NCBI GenBank assembly: GCA_051872775.1
Contig: JBJEEE010000088.1
Coordinates: 2,762 to 66,761, forward strand
Source of the DNA: Bacilli bacterium
Lineage (GTDB): Bacteria > Bacillota_I > Bacilli_A > ML615J-28 > CAG-313
DNA length: 64,000 nucleotides
Direction: 5' to 3'
The notes beneath the pieces are model-generated. The model saw only the letters and a list, made by a program, of their open reading frames with translations, was not told the DNA's origin and did not search any database. Below, piece by piece: positions 24,601 to 31,084 of the stretch. A program made the position numbers and the translations under genes. How positions within the stretch are numbered: position 1 is the stretch's first letter; every line of letters starts with the position of its first letter.

Positions 24601-26531
24601 TTAGTCTTATCATCACCTAATAGATTTAGTGTTAATACACTTTGAACAATTTCTTTCATTGCATCGATTGCTTCTTTGCTTTCGATATCCATTTGTTTTA
24701 AATCAAGAGATAAAACATTAATCTTATCGACTGCTAGTTTTGCAACTTCAATAATTGCATTGATGTCTTCTTTCCATTGTTCAATTGTTAAGTCTTTTAG
24801 ATTGATGATGTTTGCAAATTCAGTAAATCCGTTTTGTTCATTTGCTAAGTAGCTATCTACAGCAGATTGAGCAACAGGAATAAGAATATTGTTAAATACG
24901 GTCATTTCTGTTAAACGTTCTAATAGTTTAACTGTTACATCTGTTTTGTTAACAATTAATGATTCAACCAAGTCATTAACATTAGCATCTGTAATTTGTG
25001 CTAGATCAGTATATCCATATTCTTTAAAAATTGTGTAAACATCAACAAGACCATTTAGTTCTTCTTTCCAAGAAATATCACTTAAGTTTAAATTCTTAGG
25101 ATCATAATTTCCTGTAAGATTTTGTACTGCTTCAAGTTTAACACCTGTTTTAACTAAGATTGGAAGAAGAGTGTTAATGAATTCACCCTCGCAAAGAGCA
25201 TTGATAACTTGGTTTAAAACTTGTTCATTCATTGTTAAAACGTTGAAATCTTCAAGTGGGAATAAATCAAGTTTATATACTTCTTTAACTGTATCAAGGA
25301 TAGTTTCAACTTCTTTGTCCCAATCAAGGTCTCTTAATGCTAGGAATGCAGTTGTTTGCATTGCCTTATCAAGAGCAGCTTTTAAGAACTCAATTTCACT
25401 TGCATATTCAATCGCTACTGGCATTGCTTCTGGAAGCAACTTAGAATCTTTCAAAACGTCTAATGCTGCTGCAAGTTGTTCATCAGTCCATGTACCTACT
25501 TCGATATTTCCTTCAAGTGCATTAACTGCTTCAAGATAAACGATTAATTCTTGACGTAGTTTAATGTTTTGAGTTGAAGTATTGATACTAGCCATTGAAT
25601 CAAATAATAGCGTACTTAATGATTGTCCAAAGAAATATGAAGAGCTTTCTACAAATTTCCCAACAGCACTGTCTTTGTATTCATCAACAAAGTCAAATGC
25701 CATATCTACTGGACCATTTTGTTCTGCTACATTTTGTTGTGTTTGGTTACCTGTAACAAGATCAGAGATTAATTCTCTTGTTTCAGGAGTTGCAGTTTTC
25801 ATAATTGAATAAATGCCTGAAATAGGTGCAAATAGTAAGATAATTAAGAAAACACCTTTTAGAACACCTGCAACGGCACCCCATACGCGTTTCTTACTCT
25901 TCTTAGGCTCAGGTAGTTCTTCTTCAGATACAGTTACTACTGCATCATCAGCACCTTCCACACCTTTTAAGACAAGTATTGCATCGTCTGCTTCTTCGTT
26001 ATTAGCATTTTCTTCTGCTGATTCTTCCGAAGCATTTCCATCTGCAGCTTGTTTTTTAGCTTTGTGTTTCTTAACACCATGAATAATTAGTATCACAATG
26101 TGACTAATCAATCTGATGATAGGAGTAATAATTACTACTACAAGCGTGCTAACAACCAATAAAACGATTGTTGCGATGCAAGAGCAAAGATTATATACAA
26201 AGCTATATGTCTCTTTTCCTTCTACTAGTAATGCACTTAGGTTTAGTCCCTCTATTGATTTTAAGTAATCAAGAATAGTCTCCCAAACCGTTGCATCCTT
26301 TTGTGGCAAATTCAAAGTACTTCTAATTGTATCAACTAAACCACCACTGTAATTTAGTAATACACCAGAATTACCAAAAACAAGCCAAGCCAATACTAGT
26401 AAAATGATGAAGACAGCGATGCACGATAGTTCTCTTTTTAGACCTCCTAAAAAGCCCCAAAGTGCGAATAAGATTACTATTCCGAGCAATCCCAACCCGA
26501 GAATTAGTAATATCAGATTAAAATCCATCAT
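9639..26531 (-). CDS. Giant (5,630 aa) membrane-anchored acidic repeat protein. An N-terminal CvpA-like polytopic module is followed by a low-complexity acidic linker and a very long predicted alpha-helical region with tandem ~185-aa and ~366-aa repeats.
   Basis: A single uninterrupted ORF of 16,893 nt. The RBS AGAGGTG lies 5 nt before ATGATG. The N-terminus has 3-4 TM helices (LFALWGFLGGLKRELSCIAVFIILLVLAW ... KKSKKRVWGAVAGVLKGVFLIILLFAPISGIY). The body is rich in D, E, L, V, I and N and carries recurring motifs (KxYTxAQYVTDENV and ExWxxxxxNxLxxALKIEERVTVDSFAGL). Its own promoter and terminator flank the gene. Confidence 0.85.
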   Translation of the reverse strand: MMDFNLILLILGLGLLGIVILFALWGFLGGLKRELSCIAVFIILLVLAWLVFGNSGVLLNYSGGLVDTIRSTLNLPQKDATVWETILDYLKSIEGLNLSALLVEGKETYSFVYNLCSCIATIVLLVVSTLVVVIITPIIRLISHIVILIIHGVKKHKAKKQAADGNASEESAEENANNEEADDAILVLKGVEGADDAVVTVSEEELPEPKKSKKRVWGAVAGVLKGVFLIILLFAPISGIYSIMKTATPETRELISDLVTGNQTQQNVAEQNGPVDMAFDFVDEYKDSAVGKFVESSSYFFGQSLSTLLFDSMASINTSTQNIKLRQELIVYLEAVNALEGNIEVGTWTDEQLAAALDVLKDSKLLPEAMPVAIEYASEIEFLKAALDKAMQTTAFLALRDLDWDKEVETILDTVKEVYKLDLFPLEDFNVLTMNEQVLNQVINALCEGEFINTLLPILVKTGVKLEAVQNLTGNYDPKNLNLSDISWKEELNGLVDVYTIFKEYGYTDLAQITDANVNDLVESLIVNKTDVTVKLLERLTEMTVFNNILIPVAQSAVDSYLANEQNGFTEFANIINLKDLTIEQWKEDINAIIEVAKLAVDKINVLSLDLKQMDIESKEAIDAMKEIVQSVLTLNLLGDDKTKNDLVLAAIIKFNLLDVDDLYVTSADGTSKVSIFENVNWTTDGDNIGEIDTIKNILEIYKQFVLLDEVNMKDLNIDFIALLDNEDGVDILVSILEELVDSDLTLSLIDPAVNKYLLPITNEFDDDNLVKDIFNNISNKEMAEEIIKIVKAIKDAQTLGLFDVAKNGLGSLKYSETDALINIINTIFDSKILDGVEGRVIRIIFKATKILDIEKGLLDNINFDGEQEMLVNFIHAIENVLQDPNFVLFDEAGNVTLDLEYITQPEIFSQLMSGVEIVLGTLEKDENGNFVETSGSKLVEALLPNIMSTYVIKSIPEEFKGLVEIVDLENLDSALLASDVRRLTYIARQLVEMDLQTIFVNGSIVYTDKLENVYNILDALLGMEMLKPCGNEVFAWIINYVSGKFLAQYNIEEVTAEDFAGVDWAVEAETAKALITQIIEFLEVNNLESTAELIDFINEKGYLTTSFVTTENANRVLEILNTALELNTIEAIAPIAFQVVVNQLVSNNVISKDFWEGSLTGEELVEDLYSVTEIAEILVNDIDFVEMWRASFQGEAIVLPEDTAVNEIIDKLFSLNLVKGYENELVQFALEKYLPKNDVISVESFNVQSITNWDNEVATIKGVVSIVLNILAVNEFENVAQITDFINNVKNSSNVVEGLKAYITDNNISLVAGLLDEVVNSQLVANILPDVVSYGLEQLAKQVIDLQFINDLTAEELQADVHKLVEIINVLVEERIACFIVNKTVEVESKNVYGLLETAKAVVGKINELNLVTKHENELMSTLINKAFALAKLTDFTLSASDLENVDWNDEFTSIQQILTIVQNFAADNHLVVYRDVTKYLDEVKADVKVIVTEVNGRHIVSAVKELANMGTVKALLPQVLSFGIDKAYEAGYDIRFVDEAKLTNDEIANDIVTFANIVIDLIDLGAVKLYKNETIGNLNEAVVKDIANQLANVNILAKFAGEWTAFVVNFALDKLNIKDFNVRYNAENFAGLSDEQWTNDTEKLGNALFAVVSALDELFPAGYSIESIKQFISNKEYSNYDIFTNTLIDCVVDALSNVLAINLIDPIVNDFVSFGVDKLANVALFKDIDVQFIKEIATREVLSHDVINLGEIAKTMIEFGLFEYLETKTLQKVELDKLNPIFDQIDQMELFQVNRETWMEFIANTVMTAAKLDVRYTAEDFATITDEIATESLQTVKSVVSQLAELLAYWQLESLEEITSFVSGKGYTSATYITDEAVISITEIVDTITTIVPLQSMLPKLAQYGLSKVPEKYDLSFVEPYLEDGTLSGSVLAEDIRTIMAIVVDGVNFGALDLVYKVYEEQPFEVKFEYISSIIEKIDTLHVLEIDYNSWISFASNIGFELAKSVVRVQPEDFAYMTNDAWHEDFATLASIVNSIGEIAKNNNLTFYDDINLFIKEKGYTSAQYVTDENVSDILSVVDTIIGINFIDPYLVKGLSSLIDYVIIGNEALPDMKFVSTAIDNHEYISSDIKDDLRTVIEMVRNVLDFGAIEIYFTQQLSVINVEPIQNIIANINELHLFHLSEAKWFENIFTQVFKALKLDENKYHVSANEYITMNRAEWDQDFESLSHIVGLIGELLDESSITSSSELTEFINNKYYTLAQYVTDENVLVIAEIIETLGGIKALSPALDDLVRYALSEKVNIANVDLSFLVDALENRELTGEMLSSDIQSLASIIKDAVEIGVIDYVYFNKLPELNYDLIKNILVTATGLNTIVVAIDNWAALGFNQLFKALKIENTVSAEDFAMMNATTWSNDVNTIIEIVDRLEALLKANDLNTIEDVQSFFKDKLYTLAQYANNENALALVEIVDLVGTIRVIEPALPVLAKFGVSKVSTDKFDVSFLESHFESDLTGEKLSADIRTVAAMLKEIVEFGTIDYFFYQELDQIQIVKLQNVLTMLNELNIYAVDKESWLVLTVNQLLAALNVEERVTVDSFAGLNPDNEIMHLVDALGEVDALLRALNIVSTNDLKQFIQDKGYINGQYVTDETLDIVLNAVEDIQQMQTLKVLLPVIARWGVDKIASSDLDFLKEAMHNDTFTAEELVEDVKTVISIARNCVALGVFDAIFDIDMETIDGGLVATIVSQIENIHIFNKLHSDWVALGLNKALSALEINVTPEELDVLTNAQWLEDNQLLQNALVSVAELMERLGLTYKSAIVNYVSAPDYKELLGYKELLSEIISNLLNTNTTDVIFDKVLHYVVVKAENAGVDISFLEGNYHAVDLANDVLPVLNAAENLVDFGIEEIIKEKQLSTIELQYVGQALLELENTVLYSNFNANWLVVLSNKLLEALKIEERVTVDSFAGLDLSNEMTVVNNTLLEVQTLLDTLGLESSTQVKEFVESKNYTKQEFVTNENVELALNVVDTLISAQTLKVLLPIISRWGVDKITGSDLDFLKEAMHNDTFTSSELVEDVQSVVEIARKALQLGVRDFLFDIAVLSYDRVALSEIVAKLAEVNVYSKLRGNWLALGLNKVLASLEISVEASEFNAITAEQWAEDNQKLQNALVALCDLLEEQGLTYLTAVQVYMSQGTYKDNLEEIFNNNLETLKVVLSNLIGTHTVNVVFPKVLHYAVVKAADAGYDISFLEGSYASSDLANDVSPILNIVQNLLAFGVKEYIDTKDISSIEVEYIANAVAEIENALVFTKYRNSWVNILIDKAVTALKIDQEIDYSVISLTDEQWKSDNVTLQSLVLKLGEILDNNNLNKYSEVVSFFKDEKKHTLEETYTDTNVALIADAIKLVLSFNSVECLFPQVVCLAINKAYDFNLDLLFLASSLQMEVVKNDVDVLVQMFKPLCKFGLFEIINTKQLQFLNVEYLNPVIDLIPSLGIYNLNRNAWAASLANCLAHALKSDIRVSESDFVGVDWDAENDLFQELVSAVDKFLVETDLVSIDNIKDLQARGFKLQEQYATSENANNLVDVVAAISNLATFNVLSKDLVDFGLAKLETSGLSLTYLTDKVDNNEVTEDVKSIVVALRKLIEFGVVEQMFTKAEINYNAKATLYEAIEKVLNLNVLVNNGNNVVLSIFDKLGIDASRAVGTVVFREEYDSIVTILDSVFTIFENYKITTYEEIAKVVSIIAGKGLRIDKSFNENIQALADIIDVLYKDDLFAFVIMPISEKYLSSEKLAGLADLHNIYSNVSELNSDLHNVYVVLSNIQSLNIYDCLIGNADYPFDRTFNFTNIINNLFTLNYFNNPGRMDAFVNGLDNLITSVDLSSVNGNNISLADDADDIVEMVKNISAVLTNPDFPIKNKEDIDNKISVSINFFLRQENLDLELAAIKNYMNTTLYGETGAAILIVILPLLKNVLNDYWTALDLDNYSAEMINHDTPYIMAIIETLVNLDYNAIGDGSLAYSALESDVDAIIDNLVELQLLDGHYNDLVALLLRDFVYGKTFGNVTIEQDAFNIENVDFEHDLIVAKDIFRAFIELMASEGNNTMREVSDYFVSFDSKAFLNNDAAMNKVAEIVEYVAQLTIIEQNALALYNTFAVPSLGDNVKYVDYRSATNEELYADLVKVPEVIRLAVAMNVFGIIDGETIDYVGADGLMADHVEQLLNILASTNYIELHFAKIINRLSNKFEGLRTYGASYETIDVAGDANKVAQAYRVLVPYLSSSEFPVKTINDFGKLLTKQTIIDAQGYGEYLVDAYEILAQTSVAPYVVPTVVNKAKEFVGGRLQSIVNVLTTDGLTLEQLTNDVLLSITLVKDVYESRIYRFVLDKDLTFPTSEVAVEIVDTALSMNIISTKFNELVKAVFVEFNIDTANIDFAAFDCETEKQIIKAVVSETFDILAECELTTLSAVKAEIKDLINTVKVSRRSFARKVVDLLSNVQKERFVRIIETIAESQLFVETFIPVYNKVLSKYGSLFGTYEEYLSLEGYTKAALDSDVEIFAQAVRALFESKLHQVYTAKAQLSDSQMAAAQTSVRLFGQLQILELKKQAAVDILEKLVKVDLSDIDVNTIDVEFDFNLLAEALPMLCTVIRDSNLRFSVHLFGNTEFMNAAIDVLELFFESTTSKEFMPVIVRKATNKLSSMINVTFSEKTDEQVYSLCDDIIVALRALSEMGAFSNNGVDFTNSELTDKVFAVIYNNVNLRSYKKYFDKFVRNIAEYGVISLNYEAASTSNEISVAKGLIKQLITFVKTYVTYIKNKDLSIVSDPVFQADVTSLVNKALESDLLAQVFMPVIVGTTKVATENYGKFAMFTGMTNSQFVNVALPDLFQIVSYVETLGLFRRTINYKDVDTIVALADLVVTSPVTKDLLNDLIPAAFKFAMKINLDRDELAAANVDYVNEVSIITTFLRGIESELQNISISDPSTMMTQEFLLAVANNGAVLENSKLAQLYMKRVMRKVINKVSSTTDALDFMLTALNDPSYTNEQAMDDYLLILKVMKEAAYINFFGADLDFAALDGHIDVLLDNLFALHAVDGNEEAVMSMILSKLSFVDTSSIDLSVVSDWDQEFASFTEMCAALATLCADPNFDIENMTTSMFENSAIQTKFVAFVDKASESYVGSEMFKELFKTKVDNNLPADAQGIIDIDTLPRDKWAEEFEELFEIYVVISQGISNMTFNDVLSAYDVMFGLNGKDGIEAVKADYKYWLTKLIDQSNFTVPNSNVRIKTELIPDDNALAYNEVVAVREVIVNMASYLDPATDKICDFDYVVIETSKDYVKLADTLIAVSKALSMREVILGVVSDAVNNNSDESGKSTFVLAEMISDAFKRQYATSRVDYTGYDEMFWTEEELTKMAIIVACANALELDSEGATDIYTMDLGTTYPDITVYENVVSTGSGLFPSQVAGANQVGLRQMLQLFVVSNVFDISCFGGEDGVIATKLESGTNPILSSKFNRPLGTLSSEDEFNETIALTNALADLRDLGLIDGTDIASSLYSFETAKTEKLLRHMNESVILRPMLAVIVYEATKETMVNHGGLNEVQAATYIETYLPDLANQYNASNPLASKEDYNTIISSYINTIKGFKGEI
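15400..21000 (-). repeat. In-frame tandem coding repeats inside the giant gene (period ~550-590 nt, arranged as ~1098-nt double units)
   Basis: The motif G/K-Y-T-x-A-Q-Y-V-T-D-E-N recurs at about 20900, 20320, 19730, 19150, 18590 and 17500, and in degenerate form further on. Near-identical nucleotide blocks lie at 17341-17455 vs 18439-18553 and at 17650-17675 vs 18748-18773, an offset of 1098 nt. The boundaries are approximate. Confidence 0.6.
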
Positions 26532-26566
26532 AATTCACCTCTTTTATGTATGACTTTACTTACTTA

Positions 26567-26594
26567 TTGTACCAAATTTTTTTTATTTTTGCAA
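26567..26594 (-). promoter_or_regulatory. Candidate sigma-A promoter of the giant gene, with a homopolymeric A/T tract in the spacer
   Basis: Minus-strand sequence TTGCAA - AAATAAAAAAATTTGG - TACAAT, with a 16-17 nt spacer containing an A7 run. It lies about 35 nt upstream of the RBS. Confidence 0.45.
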
Positions 26595-26756
26595 GTGATT
26601 ATTCTTGTAATGAGAATTATTTACTAAATTTTTAATAATTACTAGTAAAAATTTTTTAGTATTTTTGTTTTTTTCCTTTTAAAAATAGGAAATATTCTAC
26701 AAGCAATTTTTGAATTATAATTATTACATTTTATTGTTTAAATTACGTATATATGC

Positions 26757-26790
26757 AAAAAAAGAAGATAGTTCATATCTTCTTTTTCTC
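26757..26790 (-). terminator. Terminator of the 992-aa paralogue gene
   Basis: AGAAGATA-GTTCA-TATCTTCT hairpin. On the minus strand it is followed by TTTTTTTGC. Confidence 0.6.
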
Positions 26791-26793
26791 ATA

Positions 26794-29772
26794 TTAAATT
26801 ATACCAAGAAGCTCTAAAACGGACTGAGCTACTTCGGAATTATTTAATTCATCTGCTAGTTCTGGATGAGCGTTAATATCGAAGTTTTCTGGATCTTGAC
26901 TGTATTCTGCGTATACATTTTCTATGGTTGTTGCTTCTTGAGTAAAGTCTATTGCGTCAATATCAGCTGCATCTATTTCAAGATATTCAACAATCATATC
27001 TTTAGCGAGTTCGTTTTCTTGGACTTGACTTAACACATCACTTACTGAACTAATAATCGAGTCATCCGCATTATTTATATCAAAATTAGATATATTACGA
27101 TTCAAATCTATTAGTGAAGCAATACTATTTGCCACTTCTTTTAAAGTTGCTGGTTGTGTAAAATCATATTTATTAGTACCATCACTGTTTTTTGGCATAA
27201 TGTTTAGATTGTCTGGTCCAAGCATTTCTTCAAGAATACCACCAATGATTTTAGAGGCAATAACGGAGTCGCTTGCAAGAATCATTATTTGTGCAACCTT
27301 ATCTCCTGTAATTGTTTGATAACTTTCACTACCAGTAAACGATTCTTGACATTCATCAATTATGCTAAATATTACATTTATTTCATTAGCCCAACCATTT
27401 TCTTTTATTTTGGCTTTATCATCATCAGTTATTACAATTTCATATCCTGTTGAAGCGATTCCCTTCTCAATAATCGGATAAATCGCATTACCAAAAATAG
27501 ATGATTCGCCTAATGCAGTTACTAAATTTACTAGTTTTGTTTCATTTTCTTCATTTCTTTCATCTAGTAGACTACTAAAATCAAGATTTTCAATATCACC
27601 AAAATCTAGTACCGCCGTAAATACATTTGCAAGTTTTTGAGGTTCTGTATTCCAATCTATTTCATCATAATTTAATACAATACCCATCTCATCAAGTGCT
27701 TGTTTTAGACCAGTAAAATCAACGATATAATCTAAAATTTTATTTTCTTTACCAGATATTATTCTAAGACTGAAAATATTATTTAATAGTGAAGAAATGT
27801 TTTCGGAAGTAATGTTAAGTGGTTCTGTAGAATCTACTACATTCATTTCTACAAATAAATCAAATATAGAGAAAAACTTTTCTACTTCTTGTGAAAACTC
27901 ATCTTTAGATAGTGTTTTTAGAAAAGCAAAATCAAATAATTCTTTTATTTCAAGTGGCATAGAATCACCTAATAACTCATCAACATTAGCATCAAAGAAA
28001 TTAACAAGAACACCAACAAACAAAGTAGAATTTGCTATTTCATTTAATAATGGTTTAAATACATATTGATTATTGTCATCTTTTTGTAATAAGGACTCAA
28101 ACATTGGAGTTCCATTATCCATAGCTGATTTTAAATGATGATTATATAGATATAAGCCTTGTTCTAATATTTTTACAATGTTTTCTTTTTCATTAGGCCA
28201 ATCCGGAACGATTCCATTCATCAATACATCATAATCAAAGGAAGGACTATTAAGGGTTTTAAGTCCCCATTCCATTAATGATGATTCATTGCCTTCGATA
28301 ATTTTTAATTCTAATACTACTGTTAATGCACGAGATAGTGATTCAACACTTTGATCACTTGTTAAATCTAGTTTTGCATTGTTACTAATCACATCTTGTA
28401 TATTTGTATTTTTGACTAAATCTTGATATGCTATTAATATATTCTTAACATCATATCTTAATGTATCAATCATTTTTTCCGTTGTTAGTGCTTCTTTTAA
28501 TCCTGACATTTCTTCAGGTAAGCTTTCTTTCAATTGATCGGTTAATTTAGGGATGAAAATTTCACTAATTAATTGTGATTCTAATAATTTGTCAATAACG
28601 TTATTTATTGCATTTGGTAGGTTTTCGTATTCAAGTGCTGTTTCCATATGATCTAAATCTAGCACTAAACTTGAACAATCGTTAATCGCAATTTGTGCTA
28701 CTTCTAATATAGTTTTAATTTCTTTATCAATATCAAGATCTTTAATAATCGTGATGACTTCATTACTAATTGTTGGGTTTCCATTCTCATCTTTTGCATT
28801 TTCAAAAGACATGATAATTGCATCTTTAATCAATGGTGAGAATTGATATATTAGTGATGTATTTGATAAAAAAGAATTAATTAAGTCTAAGTCATTTTGA
28901 GATAATTTAGAAAAATCTACCTTATTATTGCTTTGCACATCTTTCATAATGTTATTTGCAATTGGTACAAGTGGAAGCACTAGTATAACTTCTTTAACTA
29001 AATTAGTTGTTGTTTTATCAGTTTTTATCGACATTATTTGGCCAAGATATTTGGCAGGTAAGGTTATTCCTGTTTTTTTATCTGCACCAATTTTAGTTAT
29101 TTGATATGTTTTGCTGCTACTCAATGCTCGTTGAATATCTTCATATGATATTTCAGTTTCACCAGATACTGTTTCTACTGCACCAGTATTATTTTCTAAA
29201 TACTTTACTTCATTAATCGTTACATCAGCTAGGTTTATAAAACCAAAAATTGGGAAATAAGCAACAACAAATACAATTAGAAAATTAACAAACGCAATCC
29301 CCATACCGATAAAGCGAGCTGATGTTTTTACTTTAGATTTTTTGTCATTAGGCACTTCTAAATCTTTGCTTATAAAACTCTTTAAGATTGAACTTAAAAT
29401 AAGTTTATTAATTAATGTAAAAATTGCACATACAAACAAACCAGTATAATATACTACTTGTTTCAAACCAGCAGATATTAAAGCTGTTAGTAACTCTACT
29501 GATTCTTCACTAAATGTAAATTGTTCATTTGTAAAAGAACTAATAATATAATCAACTATAGATATTCCATCAATTCTTATATTTGTCATTGCTTTTGATA
29601 TTGGGTTTAATAGTAAAAGTAAAATGATGAAAGGAATTAAGAATGAAATTAAATTTACTAGTTTTTTTCTCCATCCCGCAATAAAGCCGGATAAAAGATG
29701 GCATATTAAAGCAAATAAAACGATTATATCAAGCACAACCAAGGCTGTTTTAATTATACTTATCAGATTCAT
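26794..29772 (-). CDS. Large (~992 aa) membrane-anchored acidic protein, a paralogue of the giant protein (shared N-terminal membrane module)
   Basis: The track ORF starts at 29829. An in-frame ATG at 29770-29772 (MNLISIIK...) is preceded by a perfect GGAGG at 6-nt spacing. The N-terminus VLFALICHLLSGFIAGWRKKLVNLISFLIPFIILLLLL ... KKSKVKTSARFIGMGIAFVNFLIVFVVAYFPIFGF parallels that of the giant protein. The remainder is rich in D, E, N, I and L. Confidence 0.75.
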   Translation of the reverse strand: MNLISIIKTALVVLDIIVLFALICHLLSGFIAGWRKKLVNLISFLIPFIILLLLLNPISKAMTNIRIDGISIVDYIISSFTNEQFTFSEESVELLTALISAGLKQVVYYTGLFVCAIFTLINKLILSSILKSFISKDLEVPNDKKSKVKTSARFIGMGIAFVNFLIVFVVAYFPIFGFINLADVTINEVKYLENNTGAVETVSGETEISYEDIQRALSSSKTYQITKIGADKKTGITLPAKYLGQIMSIKTDKTTTNLVKEVILVLPLVPIANNIMKDVQSNNKVDFSKLSQNDLDLINSFLSNTSLIYQFSPLIKDAIIMSFENAKDENGNPTISNEVITIIKDLDIDKEIKTILEVAQIAINDCSSLVLDLDHMETALEYENLPNAINNVIDKLLESQLISEIFIPKLTDQLKESLPEEMSGLKEALTTEKMIDTLRYDVKNILIAYQDLVKNTNIQDVISNNAKLDLTSDQSVESLSRALTVVLELKIIEGNESSLMEWGLKTLNSPSFDYDVLMNGIVPDWPNEKENIVKILEQGLYLYNHHLKSAMDNGTPMFESLLQKDDNNQYVFKPLLNEIANSTLFVGVLVNFFDANVDELLGDSMPLEIKELFDFAFLKTLSKDEFSQEVEKFFSIFDLFVEMNVVDSTEPLNITSENISSLLNNIFSLRIISGKENKILDYIVDFTGLKQALDEMGIVLNYDEIDWNTEPQKLANVFTAVLDFGDIENLDFSSLLDERNEENETKLVNLVTALGESSIFGNAIYPIIEKGIASTGYEIVITDDDKAKIKENGWANEINVIFSIIDECQESFTGSESYQTITGDKVAQIMILASDSVIASKIIGGILEEMLGPDNLNIMPKNSDGTNKYDFTQPATLKEVANSIASLIDLNRNISNFDINNADDSIISSVSDVLSQVQENELAKDMIVEYLEIDAADIDAIDFTQEATTIENVYAEYSQDPENFDINAHPELADELNNSEVAQSVLELLGII

Positions 29773-29839
29773 ATTTTCCTCCATAATGTGTATTACTATT
29801 ATTATAACTTGATTAGTGTTTTTTTTCAAGTATTTCTAC

Positions 29840-31084
29840 TTATTCTTTCTTACATTTAATTCCTATTTTACATAATTTCCCCATTATATCATCATATCCT
29901 CTAAATATGTATTCTGCTTGATTAATAATAATCTGTTTCCCTGATATTACTCCCGCAACAATCATAGCAAATCCGCATCTTAAATCGTTTGCTTGTACCA
30001 TTCCACTGATTAATGGTGATGGATTAATGGTAATTAAACCTTGATTCATTTCGATACTTGCTTTCATTTTACTTAGTTCTTTTATATGAGAGTTACGAGA
30101 TGGATATATGGTTTCATTTATCTTTGATGTATCATTTCCATTTAACAAAACTGTTGATAATATTGGTTGTAAATCAGTAGGGAAATAAGGATATGGGCCT
30201 GTTGATATATTGATGTTTTTTATATTTTCTGGAGACTTAATCTCTATAGAATCCTTTAAAATGGTAGTTTCTCCACCTAGTTTATTAATCACTTCTATAA
30301 CGTTTTCTAAATGACTAACATTAACTTTATTAATTTTAATCTGAGAATTAGGTTTTGCCATTGCAAGAAACATATAGCTTCCTGCTTCTATACGATCAGG
30401 CATAATCGAGTATGTTGTTTTATGCAGTTCTTTTACTCCTTCAATCACGATAGAACGCTTATCAATAAACTGTATTTTAGCACCCATCGATTGCAAGAAA
30501 TGAATTACGTCTATTACCTCTGGTTCAATTGCAATATTAGATAGAGTTGTTTTCCCTTTTATCAAGACCGTTGATAGTATAGCATTGATGGTACCTCCTA
30601 CTGTTACTGTACTGAATGTATAGTTTATTGGGCGAAGTTTTCTTTTTTTAAAATATATTTTTTCTTTTTCTGTTATATCTAATCCCATTTGTTTATATAA
30701 TTTTAAGTGAAAATCAATTGGTCTTTTTCCGAAATTACATCCTCCAGGATAAAGAGTTGCAAAGTTATTTTTACGATGTATTAAGGGGGAGATGAGATAA
30801 TATGATGCTCTTAGTTTTGATACAAAGCAACTATCTAAATCCTTTTTAATTCTGTTAGCTCTAATTACTAGTTTACTTTCCACATAGTTATAGTTTACAC
30901 TTACTCCCAAATCATCTAAAATTCTGATCATACTTATAACATCAGTAATGAGAGGAACATTATATAGAGTTATCTCTTCTTTTGATAGAAGTGAAGCGGC
31001 TATTATTGGTAAACAAGCGTTTTTAGAACCACTTATTTCTATTTCACCTTTTATGATACTTGGGCATTTAATTTTTATTTTCAA
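29840..31084 (-). CDS. murA: UDP-N-acetylglucosamine 1-carboxyvinyltransferase
   Basis: The protein is 414 aa. The N-terminus KIKCPSIIKGEIEISGSKNACLPIIAASLL matches the MurA N-terminus (GAKNAVLPI). It has a TTG start with an AAAGGA RBS. Confidence 0.8.
   Translation of the reverse strand: MKIKIKCPSIIKGEIEISGSKNACLPIIAASLLSKEEITLYNVPLITDVISMIRILDDLGVSVNYNYVESKLVIRANRIKKDLDSCFVSKLRASYYLISPLIHRKNNFATLYPGGCNFGKRPIDFHLKLYKQMGLDITEKEKIYFKKRKLRPINYTFSTVTVGGTINAILSTVLIKGKTTLSNIAIEPEVIDVIHFLQSMGAKIQFIDKRSIVIEGVKELHKTTYSIMPDRIEAGSYMFLAMAKPNSQIKINKVNVSHLENVIEVINKLGGETTILKDSIEIKSPENIKNINISTGPYPYFPTDLQPILSTVLLNGNDTSKINETIYPSRNSHIKELSKMKASIEMNQGLITINPSPLISGMVQANDLRCGFAMIVAGVISGKQIIINQAEYIFRGYDDIMGKLCKIGIKCKKE

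Noticed and set aside
12346-26082. About 20 plus-strand ORFs of 60-233 aa overlapping the giant gene
   Set aside because: All are antisense shadows of the D/E/V/L-rich sense codons. They give S/T/L/N-rich low-complexity translations with no RBS and no conservation logic. The minus-strand 16.9-kb ORF explains the region.
29773-29829. Track start MKKNTNQVIIIVIHIMEEN for the 1,011-aa ORF
   Set aside because: There is no RBS before it. The in-frame ATG at 29772 has a perfect GGAGG and begins with the TM helix. The longer N-terminus would translate through the RBS.
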